A DNA stretch of 64,000 nt. Source: an uncultured virus (IMG/VR IMGVR_UViG_3300010885_043927). Lineage: Duplodnaviria; Heunggongvirae; Uroviricota; Caudoviricetes. The position numbers and the translations under genes are program-made. Where the stretch lies: IMG/VR virus record IMGVR_UViG_3300010885_043927. The stretch is one strand, 5' to 3'. Shown piece by piece: positions 49,780 through 60,379 of this stretch. The notes under the pieces were generated by a model. The model was not told the DNA's origin. It worked only from the letters and a program-made list of their open reading frames with translations, and searched no databases. Position 1 is the first letter of the stretch, and the number at the start of each line of letters is the position of its first letter.

Positions 49780-51060
49780 ATGAATAAACCGTTATGTTAT
49801 ATTTCCTGCCCAATTGACTCCTACTCTGGGTACGGACAAAGAAGTAGAGACTTTGTAAGAGCTCTTTATAATCTTAAAAAAGATGAATGGGAAATTAGAG
49901 TTTTATCTCAAAGATGGGGTGCTACTCCTTGGGGATATTTAGAAGACAATATAGATGACTGGGGATGGATATTAGATAAAGTAGACTTAGGGTTAGGTTT
50001 AAATGTACCTCGTCAACCGGATTATTGGTTTATGATAACTGTTCCTAACGAATTTACGCCATTAGGTAGAGTTTATAATGTAGGTGTTACAGCGGGAGTT
50101 GAAACAGATATTTGTGACCCTAGTTTAATTGAGGGTATTAATAAGATGAATTTAACTTTAGTATCATCCGAATTTGCTAAGACAACATTTACTAATAGCG
50201 TTTTTAAAGAGAAGAGTAGTGGTAAACCTTTACAGTTAGAAAAACCTGTTGAAGTATTATTTGAAGGCTTAGATCTATCTAAGTACTTTTATATTAGCCC
50301 TAAAGAGTACCCTAAGACAGATTTAACTACTGAGTTAAATTCTATTAAAGAAGATTTTTGTTTTCTATTTGTAGGACACTGGCTACAGGGAGAGTTAGGT
50401 CATGATAGAAAAAATGTAGGGTACATGCTGAAAAGCTTCTTAACTACATTCCGTAATGTAAAGACGAAACCTGCATTAATTATTAAGACAGCAGTTGGGG
50501 GTTCTTCTATAATGGATAGGGATGAAATAGAGAAAAGAATTCAAAAAATTCGAAAAGAAGTTAAAGGAGATATGCCAAATATTTACCTTCTTCATGGCGA
50601 ATTAGAAGATAAAGATATAAATTTACTATATAATCATCCTAAAGTTAAAGCAATGGTAAGTTTAACTAAAGGAGAAGGATTTGGAAGACCTCTTTTAGAG
50701 TTTACTAGATCTAAAAAACCTATAGCAGCTTCAGGATGGTCAGGGTTATTAGATTTTTTACCTAAAGAAAAAGCTTATTTAATAGGAGGTAAGGTAGATA
50801 AAGTTCACCGATCAGCAGTAAGTAAAGGATTAATAATTCAAGAAGCTAGATGGTTTTACCCTGACGAAATGGAGGTAGTGAAAATGTGGAATATGATTTA
50901 TAAAAACTATGCAACGTTTTTACCTTTAGCTTCAGAATTAGCATTAGAAAATAAGGAAAAGTTTTCTATGGATAAAATGGAAGAGAAATTGAGAGAGTTA
51001 ATAGATAAAAATTTTATAAAAATATCACCTTTAAAATTACCAACACTAAAAAGAATATAA
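49780..51060 (+). CDS. GT-B (GT4-like) glycosyltransferase
   Basis: SGYG, DRKN, KGEGFGRPLLE. Confidence 0.88.
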   Translation: MNKPLCYISCPIDSYSGYGQRSRDFVRALYNLKKDEWEIRVLSQRWGATPWGYLEDNIDDWGWILDKVDLGLGLNVPRQPDYWFMITVPNEFTPLGRVYNVGVTAGVETDICDPSLIEGINKMNLTLVSSEFAKTTFTNSVFKEKSSGKPLQLEKPVEVLFEGLDLSKYFYISPKEYPKTDLTTELNSIKEDFCFLFVGHWLQGELGHDRKNVGYMLKSFLTTFRNVKTKPALIIKTAVGGSSIMDRDEIEKRIQKIRKEVKGDMPNIYLLHGELEDKDINLLYNHPKVKAMVSLTKGEGFGRPLLEFTRSKKPIAASGWSGLLDFLPKEKAYLIGGKVDKVHRSAVSKGLIIQEARWFYPDEMEVVKMWNMIYKNYATFLPLASELALENKEKFSMDKMEEKLRELIDKNFIKISPLKLPTLKRI

Positions 51061-51061
51061 A

Positions 51062-51502
51062 ATGTCTGATGAATTAATTACCTGCCCACTATGTGGTTCT
51101 GATGCATGTTACTCTACTCCATTAAATGAAACTAAAAACAGTTATAGTTGCTTTGGATGTGGTTTTATTGGAAATGATTTTATTGTAGAAGGAGAATACG
51201 ATGTAGAGCAATATGAAGCAGAGCTTCCTCTTCTTTACAAGGATTTAAAAAAAGTAGACAGTAAAGGAAGAGTATGGTATCCTAACGCAATTAATATTTC
51301 TGATAAAGGAACTGTATTTGCCAGCGGTAGAACAGCAGATAATTGGGGTTGGACTGCAATAAAAGTTCGTCCTTTAACTGATGAAGAAAAAGAACAACTA
51401 TCTAATAAGGATATTGATCATAAATCAGACAGCACAACATTAAAGAATTTTGGTAAAGACTTTATAGAGTCGTTAGATTATTTAGGTTATTTTGATTTAT
51501 AG
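51062..51502 (+). CDS. Zinc-finger hypothetical protein
   Basis: CPLCG...CFGCG. Confidence 0.7.
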   Translation: MSDELITCPLCGSDACYSTPLNETKNSYSCFGCGFIGNDFIVEGEYDVEQYEAELPLLYKDLKKVDSKGRVWYPNAINISDKGTVFASGRTADNWGWTAIKVRPLTDEEKEQLSNKDIDHKSDSTTLKNFGKDFIESLDYLGYFDL

Positions 51503-51504
51503 TT

Positions 51505-52134
51505 ATGGCAACAATAAGTTATGTAGTTACTGCATGTAACGAGCATGTAGAATTAGAAAGGTTACTAGATCAACTCAACGAGTATATCGATTCAGAAGAT
51601 GAAGTACTAGTTCAGTTAGATACAAGATGTACTACAGAAGTTAAAAGCGTTTCTGAAAAGTACAATACAGGCTCAAGATACGAGTATCATAGAATTCATT
51701 GCGATTTAAATATGGACTTCGCAGCATTTAAAAATAATGCTATGGATTTTTGTAGTAGAGACTATTTAGTCTTTATTGATGCAGACGAGTATTTAACAGA
51801 AACATTCTTCTCTACTATTAAATTTGTACTAGAATCCAACCCTGATGTAGATTGTATATCAATCCCAAGAGTTAATATAGTCGAAGGTTTAACTGAAAAG
51901 CATATTAAAGACTGGTGTTGGGGAGTAAATGATAAAGGATGGGTTAACTGGCCAGACTATCAATCCAGAATTTGTAAAAATAGATCAGGTATAAAATGGG
52001 TAGGTAAAGTTCATGAAAGACTCACCAACTGGAATAACGGTAGTCATTTACCTCCATTAGAGGAGTGGGCTTTACAGCATCATAAGACTATAGATAGACA
52101 AGAGAGGCAAAACAGTAGTTATGATCAAATGTAA
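51505..52134 (+). CDS. GT2 glycosyltransferase
   Basis: ACNE, FIDADE, PDYQ.R, VHE. Confidence 0.9.
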   Translation: MATISYVVTACNEHVELERLLDQLNEYIDSEDEVLVQLDTRCTTEVKSVSEKYNTGSRYEYHRIHCDLNMDFAAFKNNAMDFCSRDYLVFIDADEYLTETFFSTIKFVLESNPDVDCISIPRVNIVEGLTEKHIKDWCWGVNDKGWVNWPDYQSRICKNRSGIKWVGKVHERLTNWNNGSHLPPLEEWALQHHKTIDRQERQNSSYDQM

Positions 52135-52817
52135 TGAAGGTAGTTGTATTAGGAGGTACAGGGTTACTAGGTAATGAACTTCAAAAAATAGATAAAGATC
52201 TAATATGTTTTGGTAAAGATGTTAATATAACTGATTTCCAAAAACTATATGAAAAATTAATGTCAATCAGACCTGATATTATTATAAATGCAGCTGCTGA
52301 AATAAATTCAATAGACATAGGAGAAAATCCATACAAAGCAATCAACACTAATATAATAGGAGCTGCTAATGTTACTAAGTATTGTCTAGATGCAAAAATA
52401 AGACTAGCTTATATAAGTACCGATTACATTTATAATTGGGAACATGGTAATAATAAAGAATCAGATAAGGTATTACCTTTTAATGAATATGCTTGGACTA
52501 AATTAGGAGGAGAGTGTTCTAGCAGACTAGTAGAAAATAGTTGTATAATAAGGACAAACTTTGGTTCACCTAAATTTCCATATGATCAAGCTTATTCTAA
52601 TCTTAGGACAAGTAAAGACTATGTAGATATTATAGCTCCAAAAATTTTAAAGGTAGCAAAGAGTAACATACAAGGAGTTATTAACATAGGGACAGAAAGT
52701 AAAACCATGTTAGAGTTTGCCAGAAGGCGGAACCCGGAAGTAAAAGATGCCAGTTTTCCTTACGAAAGAGATTTTAGTTTGAACACAGAATTTTATGACA
52801 GAATATTCAATAATTAA
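52134..52817 (+). CDS. RmlD-like NDP-sugar reductase
   Basis: GGTGLLG, IINAAA, ISTDYIY, YAWTK. Confidence 0.85.
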   Translation: MKVVVLGGTGLLGNELQKIDKDLICFGKDVNITDFQKLYEKLMSIRPDIIINAAAEINSIDIGENPYKAINTNIIGAANVTKYCLDAKIRLAYISTDYIYNWEHGNNKESDKVLPFNEYAWTKLGGECSSRLVENSCIIRTNFGSPKFPYDQAYSNLRTSKDYVDIIAPKILKVAKSNIQGVINIGTESKTMLEFARRRNPEVKDASFPYERDFSLNTEFYDRIFNN

Positions 52818-54039
52818 AGCTTGCCCTATAACGGACAGTACTGAAAGATTATTTTATTTTAATCTAGGAAATTTTCCATTGGTTAATAATCTCAATGAAA
52901 GTAGAGAAGATTCTCTTAACTGTAAGAGGTTCCCTCTCGAGGTTACTTACTATCCTTCCTCTGGACTTTCTGCATTGACACATGCTGTTAACGGAGAGTT
53001 ATTATTTTGTAATTACTTATTTAAATCCGGAGTAAATATACCTTACATTGAACATTGCAAGAATATGTTTACCCACATTAATAAGTATGTTAGGTTAGCT
53101 GATAATGATGCAGTTGTTGATATCGGCGGTAATGATGGAACTTTACTCTCTGCGTTTAAATCTGTATCAGATGTACCGTTAAAGTGTTTGAATATAGACC
53201 CATCAAGAAACCTAGCGGAACTAAGTCAACAAAAGGGTATTTCAGTATTAGTAGATTTCTTCTCAGCTAAAGTTGCTAAACTAATACCTAAAGTAAAAAT
53301 TATTACTTCCACAAATGTCTTTCAGCATTTATTAGATATTAATTCCTTTGTCGAGGGTATTGAATTACTTTTAAGAGATGATGGGATTTGGGTACTAGAG
53401 TTTCCTTATTGGATTCACGACATGGTTACTAATCAATTCGATCAGATTTACCATGAGCATGTTTACTATTATTCTATAACTCCTTTAACTAAGTTATTAA
53501 AGAAACATGGATTACGAATAGTAAATGTAGAGAAGCAAGTAATCCATGGAGGTACTTTGAGAGTAACAATAGTTAAGGAAAATTCTAAATTAAAGGAAGA
53601 CGGAACTGTTAGTGAATTCTTACAAAGAGAAAAAGCTTATGATCTTAAATACTATACTGAATGGGGTGATACAATAAATACTCATTTAGATCTAGCTAAG
53701 AATTATTTACGTAACCTGAAAGATAAAGGGATGAGCATAGCAGCATTTGGAGCAGCAGCTAAAGGTTGTATATTTCTTAATAGTATCAGAGCAGATAATA
53801 ACCTGATAGATTTTATTATAGACGATACAGATATCAAGCAAGGAAAGTATATGCCAGGAACAGGCATAGAAATAGTTTCAAGAGATATTTTAGAAATACA
53901 TAAGGTAGATTATATGCTTATTTTAGCTCATAATTTTGCTGATCATATAGTAGAGTCATTTAAAGACGAAGTTAATTTTACAGGAAACTTTATTACTCTA
54001 TTACCAAATTTTAAAATATACGATAATGACAGAAATTGA
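52795..54039 (+). CDS. NDP-sugar C-methyltransferase
   Basis: DIGGNDG, FDQIYHEH, HGGTLR, GAAAKG, KQGKYMPG. Confidence 0.9.
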   Translation: MTEYSIIKACPITDSTERLFYFNLGNFPLVNNLNESREDSLNCKRFPLEVTYYPSSGLSALTHAVNGELLFCNYLFKSGVNIPYIEHCKNMFTHINKYVRLADNDAVVDIGGNDGTLLSAFKSVSDVPLKCLNIDPSRNLAELSQQKGISVLVDFFSAKVAKLIPKVKIITSTNVFQHLLDINSFVEGIELLLRDDGIWVLEFPYWIHDMVTNQFDQIYHEHVYYYSITPLTKLLKKHGLRIVNVEKQVIHGGTLRVTIVKENSKLKEDGTVSEFLQREKAYDLKYYTEWGDTINTHLDLAKNYLRNLKDKGMSIAAFGAAAKGCIFLNSIRADNNLIDFIIDDTDIKQGKYMPGTGIEIVSRDILEIHKVDYMLILAHNFADHIVESFKDEVNFTGNFITLLPNFKIYDNDRN

Positions 54040-54571
54040 TTTACTAGATCAACCTAGAATGTACTATGAAAGTGCAGAAAGAGAACAAAATGTATGCAGA
54101 GGATTAGTTCCTTTAATTGAGAAAGCAACAACAAAAGACAGTATCATAGCTGAAGTAGGATCTTTTGCAGGTGTATCATCAGAAGTATTTGCTAGAAGTG
54201 TTAAGCAAATTTACTGTGTAGATTTATGGTCTACTTATGCCGAGATAGGAGACCCGACAATTTTAATTGAAGGAGAGAGACGATTTGACGCTTTTATGAA
54301 ACGTTATAAAAATGTGACTAAGGTAAAAAAAGATAGCGTAGAAGCTTCTTTAGATTTTGAGGATGGTTTTTTTGACTTTGTCTACTTAGATGCATTCCAT
54401 GAAGTAGATACAGTAAAGAGAGAAATTAAAGCATGGCTTCCTAAAATTAAAGCTGGAGGATATATTGGCGGTCATGATTCATGTATGTGGCAAGTAAGAC
54501 AGGCAATAACAGAAGAGTTAGGAAATAGTTACGAAACATTTAAAGACACATCTTGGTTAGTCAAATTATAA
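54026..54571 (+). CDS. Class I SAM methyltransferase
   Basis: EVGSFAGVS, DFVYLDAFH, GGYIGGHD. Confidence 0.85.
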   Translation: MTEIDLLDQPRMYYESAEREQNVCRGLVPLIEKATTKDSIIAEVGSFAGVSSEVFARSVKQIYCVDLWSTYAEIGDPTILIEGERRFDAFMKRYKNVTKVKKDSVEASLDFEDGFFDFVYLDAFHEVDTVKREIKAWLPKIKAGGYIGGHDSCMWQVRQAITEELGNSYETFKDTSWLVKL

Positions 54572-54572
54572 T

Positions 54573-55202
54573 ATGGATCAATTAACACAATTAGGCCTTC
54601 AGTACGGTACTGATAAAGCTACTAATCATCAATTTACTAATTTCTACCATAACTATCTCCAAGATATGAGAGAAGATGCTAGGTGGATTATGGAAATTGG
54701 GGTATTAAGTAACTCTAGCTTACGTATGTGGGAGGATTACTTCCCTAACGCTACTATAGTAGGAGTAGATAATCAAGATAAGTTTCAATACGAAGAAGAT
54801 AGGATAAAAATCTTCTTAGCTGATCAAGGAAATAATATCGAATTGCAAGGAGTAATAGATGATACTTCGATACACTATGATCTTATCCTAGACGATGGTT
54901 CCCATTTAATACCTCATCAGCAAACTACCCTAGGGTACTTATTTAAATTTGTTAAACCAGGTGGATACTTTATAGTAGAAGATTTACATACTTCTCATTT
55001 TGATTTATTTCCAGACTGGTATGATGCTTCGGTAGATGTAACTACATTAAAAATGTTAGAGTTATTAAAAGAAGGTACTTTGTATACTCAATATATGAGT
55101 GAAGAGGAAGCTGCTTACTTAAAAGAGAATACTGACTTTGTAGAGATCTTCTATAGAGATGGAGGAAGAGATAGTATTACTGCTATTATTAAAAAGAAAT
55201 GA
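54573..55202 (+). CDS. Sugar O-methyltransferase-like protein
   Basis: YGTDK, EIGV, ILDDGSH, PGGYFIVED. Confidence 0.85.
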   Translation: MDQLTQLGLQYGTDKATNHQFTNFYHNYLQDMREDARWIMEIGVLSNSSLRMWEDYFPNATIVGVDNQDKFQYEEDRIKIFLADQGNNIELQGVIDDTSIHYDLILDDGSHLIPHQQTTLGYLFKFVKPGGYFIVEDLHTSHFDLFPDWYDASVDVTTLKMLELLKEGTLYTQYMSEEEAAYLKENTDFVEIFYRDGGRDSITAIIKKK

Positions 55203-56068
55203 TATTCTTTAGAATTATAGATGATAAGCTATATAGCGGGGGAGAAGTACCTAGACTAGGTTTCAACAAAATCTCTCCTATATCTGAATTCAGTAAAGAA
55301 ATCTTTATTATATTTAGAACTTGTCATGGGATAGGGGACTGGGGTATAGTATCAGCTATGCCTCGTCTTATTAAAGAGAAGTATCCAAACGCTAAAGTAG
55401 CTTATCCTAGTAGAGAATTACTAAGTAAGTTATTTAATCCATCTCAATGGGGAAATTGGAATGATCCTTTTTTAAATCCTGGATTAATATTTAAGAATAA
55501 TCCTTATATTGATGGAGTAGTAGATAGTATTCCTGGAGAAGTATTTACAGATCATTATAGAGTATACGACGAAGATAACATTTATATACCTCTTCCAGAA
55601 CAGATGTTAAAGGTATACGGGTTTCAAGATTCTGAAATTGAAGATTCATGCCCTGAGTTATACTTTGATTATCAAGAGGAAATAGAGAGGTTAACTATAA
55701 CTGAAGGAGCAAAGTATGGCTGTCTTCTTATACCTAATAAACCTGAAGAAATAAATGTTAATAGAGAGGAATATTTTTCTAAAATACTTGGCATTTTACA
55801 GGAGTATAACTTACCTTTATATTACTACAGTTCGATTCCAATAAATGAAACACCCTTTGAGAAATATTGCACGTTAGGAGATCTAAGTAAGTTGGGAGAC
55901 ATAAGACTCCAAACAAACATTAGGTGTAATGCAGTATTCAATGTAGGATTTATATCAGGAGTAATGGACATAGTAGCCAGGTATAGTAAGGTTTATACTA
56001 TCGCTACTCCTAGCTTAGAAGACATATCATCAAACGGTAACTATATTAAATGTGAAACCTACATATAA
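55199..56068 (+). CDS. GT9-like glycosyltransferase
   Basis: GIGD...MPR.IKEKYP, NNPYID, G..SG.. Confidence 0.65.
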   Translation: MIFFRIIDDKLYSGGEVPRLGFNKISPISEFSKEIFIIFRTCHGIGDWGIVSAMPRLIKEKYPNAKVAYPSRELLSKLFNPSQWGNWNDPFLNPGLIFKNNPYIDGVVDSIPGEVFTDHYRVYDEDNIYIPLPEQMLKVYGFQDSEIEDSCPELYFDYQEEIERLTITEGAKYGCLLIPNKPEEINVNREEYFSKILGILQEYNLPLYYYSSIPINETPFEKYCTLGDLSKLGDIRLQTNIRCNAVFNVGFISGVMDIVARYSKVYTIATPSLEDISSNGNYIKCETYI

Positions 56069-56741
56069 CTTAACAATATCGATAGACGATAACCATCCAG
56101 AAACTGGTTGGGGTGTAGAAGGAGATAGGCAAATGGGAATGCTAGATTCTTTAAACAAAGAGTTCGGAGCCAAGTTTACATTATTTATTCCTTCAAATTA
56201 TCATATGAACTATCCTATTTCTCAATATAAGGACTGGATCGATTGGATGGTTTCAAAAGGATATTTCGAACTAGCAGCACATGGTCACTTCCATGAGACA
56301 CCTGATAGAAACTTATACGGAGAATGCGAATTTGCTTTCCTACAAAACGAAAGAGATATTACAGATAGAATAGCTATAATGAATTCAGAATGGCAGAAAG
56401 TAAATTACAAACCTGTTGGCTGGAGGAACCCAGGCTGGCTTTGCTCGCAACAATCTCAATTACAATTAAAGCATAATTTCCATTGGGCTGCAGTTCATTA
56501 CGAACATAATCATGGAATGGAATGGAACCCATGTAAAATGGTATTTGGAGCTGATGGAATAAACGAAAACGATATTAACCAGCATGGTAATAATAATATA
56601 ATGTTTCAGAGTCATATAGCTGGAGATTGGAATAAAAATGTTTGGAATGAAGATAACTATGATAATCTTCGAACCTGGCTTATTAATCTGACTACAGAAT
56701 GTAATATTAAATTTAAAACAATAAGCGATTTATTCTTATGA
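56052..56741 (+). CDS. Polysaccharide deacetylase-like protein
   Basis: IDD, TLFIP, ELAAHGHFH, GWRNPGW. Confidence 0.75.
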   Translation: MKPTYNLTISIDDNHPETGWGVEGDRQMGMLDSLNKEFGAKFTLFIPSNYHMNYPISQYKDWIDWMVSKGYFELAAHGHFHETPDRNLYGECEFAFLQNERDITDRIAIMNSEWQKVNYKPVGWRNPGWLCSQQSQLQLKHNFHWAAVHYEHNHGMEWNPCKMVFGADGINENDINQHGNNNIMFQSHIAGDWNKNVWNEDNYDNLRTWLINLTTECNIKFKTISDLFL

Positions 56742-57562
56742 AGTACATTTGTGGTGATTCTTTTAGAGATAAAGCAGGTACAGTTCTAGATTTCGTTTAT
56801 AGAGGTATAGATGGTAAATTAGATCTACCTCAAGAGTTAGTAGGTAGGTTAGAACATAATGATATTATGTTTTATGAAAGAGGAGATAACGGAATCTTTT
56901 TCGCTGCTACTCATTTAGTTAATGTAGCAGGATTAGATTATACTGAAGGGAGAACTTTGATTACTCATAACAGTGATAACGAAGTTATTGCTCCTATAGC
57001 TGACTGTACAAAATGGTTTTCACAAAATGGTAACTTCGAAGGTGTTATACCTATTCCTATTGGTATAGAAAATCAACGCTTTTGTAAATGGCCTCTATTC
57101 GACGAATTAAGAGCTAACCCAGGACACAAGACTATATTACATTACTTAAATGTACATCCAGGTAGTAATCCTTTAGAAAGAAATAAATGTATAGATGTAG
57201 CTAAGAACGTCGGGATAGAAAATGATTTCTATTTAGATACATCTACTACAGCCAATTACTTCTCTACCCAGACAACATATCTTAAAAAGCTTCAAAGCTC
57301 CTGTTTTGTTTTATCCCCGAATGGTAACGGTATAGATTGCCATCGTACATGGGAGGCCTTATACATGAATGCAATTCCGGTAGTAACAAAGAGTTATGTA
57401 ACCACACAACTAGCTAAGTATTTTCCGTTGCTTATAATAGATGATTGGAAAGATTTTAATCCACGATTACTAACAGAAGCTTTTTATCATAGTATGTGGG
57501 GCTCATTTAATCAACGTAATTTAGATTTTGACTATTACTGGGAACTAATTAACAAAGAATGA
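56738..57562 (+). CDS. Exostosin/GT47-like glycosyltransferase
   Basis: FVLSPNGNGIDCHRTWEALY..AIPVV. Confidence 0.8.
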   Translation: MKYICGDSFRDKAGTVLDFVYRGIDGKLDLPQELVGRLEHNDIMFYERGDNGIFFAATHLVNVAGLDYTEGRTLITHNSDNEVIAPIADCTKWFSQNGNFEGVIPIPIGIENQRFCKWPLFDELRANPGHKTILHYLNVHPGSNPLERNKCIDVAKNVGIENDFYLDTSTTANYFSTQTTYLKKLQSSCFVLSPNGNGIDCHRTWEALYMNAIPVVTKSYVTTQLAKYFPLLIIDDWKDFNPRLLTEAFYHSMWGSFNQRNLDFDYYWELINKE

Positions 57563-58512
57563 ATATAGCATTTTTTACAGAAGGTAACTATATCGGAAAA
57601 ATTACTCGTGAGTTCGATAATTCTAGAGTAGACCTGGCTTGGCAAATAGCTTTAGAAGCTTTTCATTTGCCTTTAATGCAAGAATGGCCAAAGGATTTAC
57701 CTAAGTTCGATTTAGGTATTTGGATTATTCCTAAGAAGAATATAGAATATTGTATGTCAAAGAATTCTTTAGAGAAGATAAGTACGATATGTAAGAAGGT
57801 AGCTATTATGCAGGAAGGACCTAGCTGGTTTTTCCAAGACTATCCTTTAGACCAACAGGTTTGGTTCTACAATACGTTATGCTCTGTAGATATTTTATTT
57901 GCTCATAACTATCAAGATATGAAATATTTAAGAGGGTTAACTAATCATAGTGATGTTCGTATTTTAAAATCGACAATGATAGAAGCATCCTTAGACAGTT
58001 CTAAATTAATACCTAGTGAAAAAAGAGATGGAGTTATAATTGGAGGAAACTTTGTTAAGTGGTACGGAGGGTTTGACTCTTTTATAGTTGCTAGTCAGTA
58101 CTTCCCTACTGTGTATGCTACCTCAATGGGAAGAAGACAGCCAGGAGAAGAGCAGTTAGTTATTCATATTCCTTATACTAATTGGACAAATTGGATTTAT
58201 GAACTGAGTAAATTTAAATATGCTATTCATTTAATGCCTACACAAGCTGCTGGTACTTTCGCTCTTAATTGCGCATATTTAGGCATACCTAATATTGGCT
58301 ATTATGGTTTAGATACTCAAGAAGTTTTACACCCTAACTTAACAGTAGAGATGGGAGACATAGAAGCAGCTAAGAGTAGAATGCAAATGCTAGTTACTGA
58401 TGAAGATTTTTATAAAGACCAATCTGAAATAGCTAAAACAAATTATAATAACATTTACAACGAAGAGAGTTTTAAAATACATTTTTATGATAAGTTTAAT
58501 ATCGCCGAGTAG
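57559..58512 (+). CDS. Putative GT-B glycosyltransferase
   Basis: GTFALNCAYLGIP.IG motif; cluster context. Confidence 0.6.
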   Translation: MNIAFFTEGNYIGKITREFDNSRVDLAWQIALEAFHLPLMQEWPKDLPKFDLGIWIIPKKNIEYCMSKNSLEKISTICKKVAIMQEGPSWFFQDYPLDQQVWFYNTLCSVDILFAHNYQDMKYLRGLTNHSDVRILKSTMIEASLDSSKLIPSEKRDGVIIGGNFVKWYGGFDSFIVASQYFPTVYATSMGRRQPGEEQLVIHIPYTNWTNWIYELSKFKYAIHLMPTQAAGTFALNCAYLGIPNIGYYGLDTQEVLHPNLTVEMGDIEAAKSRMQMLVTDEDFYKDQSEIAKTNYNNIYNEESFKIHFYDKFNIAE

Positions 58513-59668
58513 AAATAATCTAAAGTACCTTAAATGGGCTTATGCTTCTGTAAGGAAGAATGCTCCTGCTTCTGTAGAGTATTGTGTAGCAGATGATTTT
58601 AGTAATGACGGTACTTGGGAATGGTGTAAAGAGAGGATGGAAGTAGATCCTTACTTCAAAGCTATTCGTAATGAAGGTCCTACTCGTTTAGGTCATACTA
58701 TCTTATACGATACATTAATCAACGAAGTAGCTACTAATGACATAGTAGGGATCTTCCATGCTGATATGTATATGACTCCTCGTACTGTCGAGAAGATTGT
58801 TGATACAGTAAGATCTAAACATATAGTATCATTAACTCGTATAGAGCCACCTTTACATCCTCCTGGACCAGAGAAAGTATTAATGGATTTTAAAACAGAA
58901 CCAGAAGACTTTCCTGAAGAAGAGTTTTTAAAATGGTATGAAGAATATCAACCTGGAGTAGAACATAAGACTACCGAAGGTATCTTTGCTCCTTGGTTTT
59001 TGTTAAAAGAAGACTTCCAAGCAATAGGTGGTCACGACCCATTATATGCTCCTCAATCAAAAGAGGATAGTTATATCTTTAATCGTTTCTTGTTAGCAGG
59101 TTATTCATTCGTTCAGGTATGGGATGCTGCTATCTATCATATGACTTGTAGAGGAAGTAGGTTTAATCCTACATTAACTACTCCTGGTAAGAATTCTGAT
59201 GAGTGGGAAAAACAAAATGCTAGGTCTACTAGAAACTTTATTCGTAAATGGGGACATTTTGTTAAGCATGATGAGTTTTTAATGCCTATTGTACCTCATA
59301 AATATGACATAGGTTTTGTAATTAAGAATATTACTTTGCAATCCATGACATTACTTGAACCATGGTGTAGTACTTTATACTCTGATGATGAAATGGGAGT
59401 ACTAGAAGCTGAATATTGTGGATTAGAGCAACCAAACACTAAGTTTAATCTCAAAAACAAACTTAAGGTTACCAAATACAGCCAACCTAATAATCAGATA
59501 GTTGTAGAATTTGATGCTGCTAAGTTAGATCAGTCAGGCTTTAACATTATAACTCAGTTACCTGAGATATTAGCAGAGTCCGGGGAAATAGGTACATTCG
59601 AAGTTGGTATTTTTAAAATCAATATTTATGCTTTAGATACATATGAGCATGAATTGATTAACTTGTAA
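58487..59668 (+). CDS. GT2 glycosyltransferase
   Basis: ADDFSNDGT, HADM, IGGHD, KEDS. Confidence 0.88.
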   Translation: MISLISPSRNNLKYLKWAYASVRKNAPASVEYCVADDFSNDGTWEWCKERMEVDPYFKAIRNEGPTRLGHTILYDTLINEVATNDIVGIFHADMYMTPRTVEKIVDTVRSKHIVSLTRIEPPLHPPGPEKVLMDFKTEPEDFPEEEFLKWYEEYQPGVEHKTTEGIFAPWFLLKEDFQAIGGHDPLYAPQSKEDSYIFNRFLLAGYSFVQVWDAAIYHMTCRGSRFNPTLTTPGKNSDEWEKQNARSTRNFIRKWGHFVKHDEFLMPIVPHKYDIGFVIKNITLQSMTLLEPWCSTLYSDDEMGVLEAEYCGLEQPNTKFNLKNKLKVTKYSQPNNQIVVEFDAAKLDQSGFNIITQLPEILAESGEIGTFEVGIFKINIYALDTYEHELINL

Positions 59669-59690
59669 CTATTTATATAAAAAGACAGAC

Positions 59691-60011
59691 ATGGCATCAA
59701 TAGTACCTAAGCCTTTATACAAAGCTACATTAGGAGGAGAAGAATTTAATGTTGTATTCGATACAAATATTAACCCCACAAAAAGAGGAGTTAAGATTCG
59801 ATTTGAACCTACTAATCAGAACATAGATATACGTAAACTAAGTACTCAAGCTGATCAAATAGCAGTGGCTCTTCAAAAAAGATTTGCAGACTTTAATTTA
59901 CTAATTGAAAGAGATACGGAGGTAAAAGATCCTATGGTTATAGGCTTTATAATGCCTCTAAGTTCTGTATCTGAATTTATAATGAAAAAAGTTCTTAAAG
60001 GAGGAGAGTAA
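59691..60011 (+). CDS. Hypothetical protein
   Basis: 106 aa ORF after TATTTATA at 59670. Confidence 0.7.
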   Translation: MASIVPKPLYKATLGGEEFNVVFDTNINPTKRGVKIRFEPTNQNIDIRKLSTQADQIAVALQKRFADFNLLIERDTEVKDPMVIGFIMPLSSVSEFIMKKVLKGGE

Positions 60012-60379
60012 TGGCAAAGCAAACTAGAATAAGTAGAAAGATCCCTATTTTAAATGTATTCCCTATAAACGAGAATACTAGAAAAACTATTCTAGAAGAC
60101 GATAAAGTAAGACAATTTGTTATAGCAGAGACATTCAGATCGATAAAAGATGCTTATGCCTCTAAAAAGAAAGTTGCGACTCTATTTAGTTTAAATGGTA
60201 AAGAAGTTTTTTACGGTATAGATAAAAAGGATTGGGCACAAGCGTTAAATAGTTGTATCGATTTTCATATTAAAGCAGATGATTTTGAAATATGTATGGA
60301 AATTTCGACTTTACTAGATAAATTAAATACTAAAAAAGTAAATGACAAGGTTACAAGATCCAATAAAGGAGACAGTTGA
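60011..60379 (+). CDS. Hypothetical protein with UVR-like helical end
   Basis: W..AL......DDFEIC.EI. Confidence 0.65.
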   Translation: MAKQTRISRKIPILNVFPINENTRKTILEDDKVRQFVIAETFRSIKDAYASKKKVATLFSLNGKEVFYGIDKKDWAQALNSCIDFHIKADDFEICMEISTLLDKLNTKKVNDKVTRSNKGDS

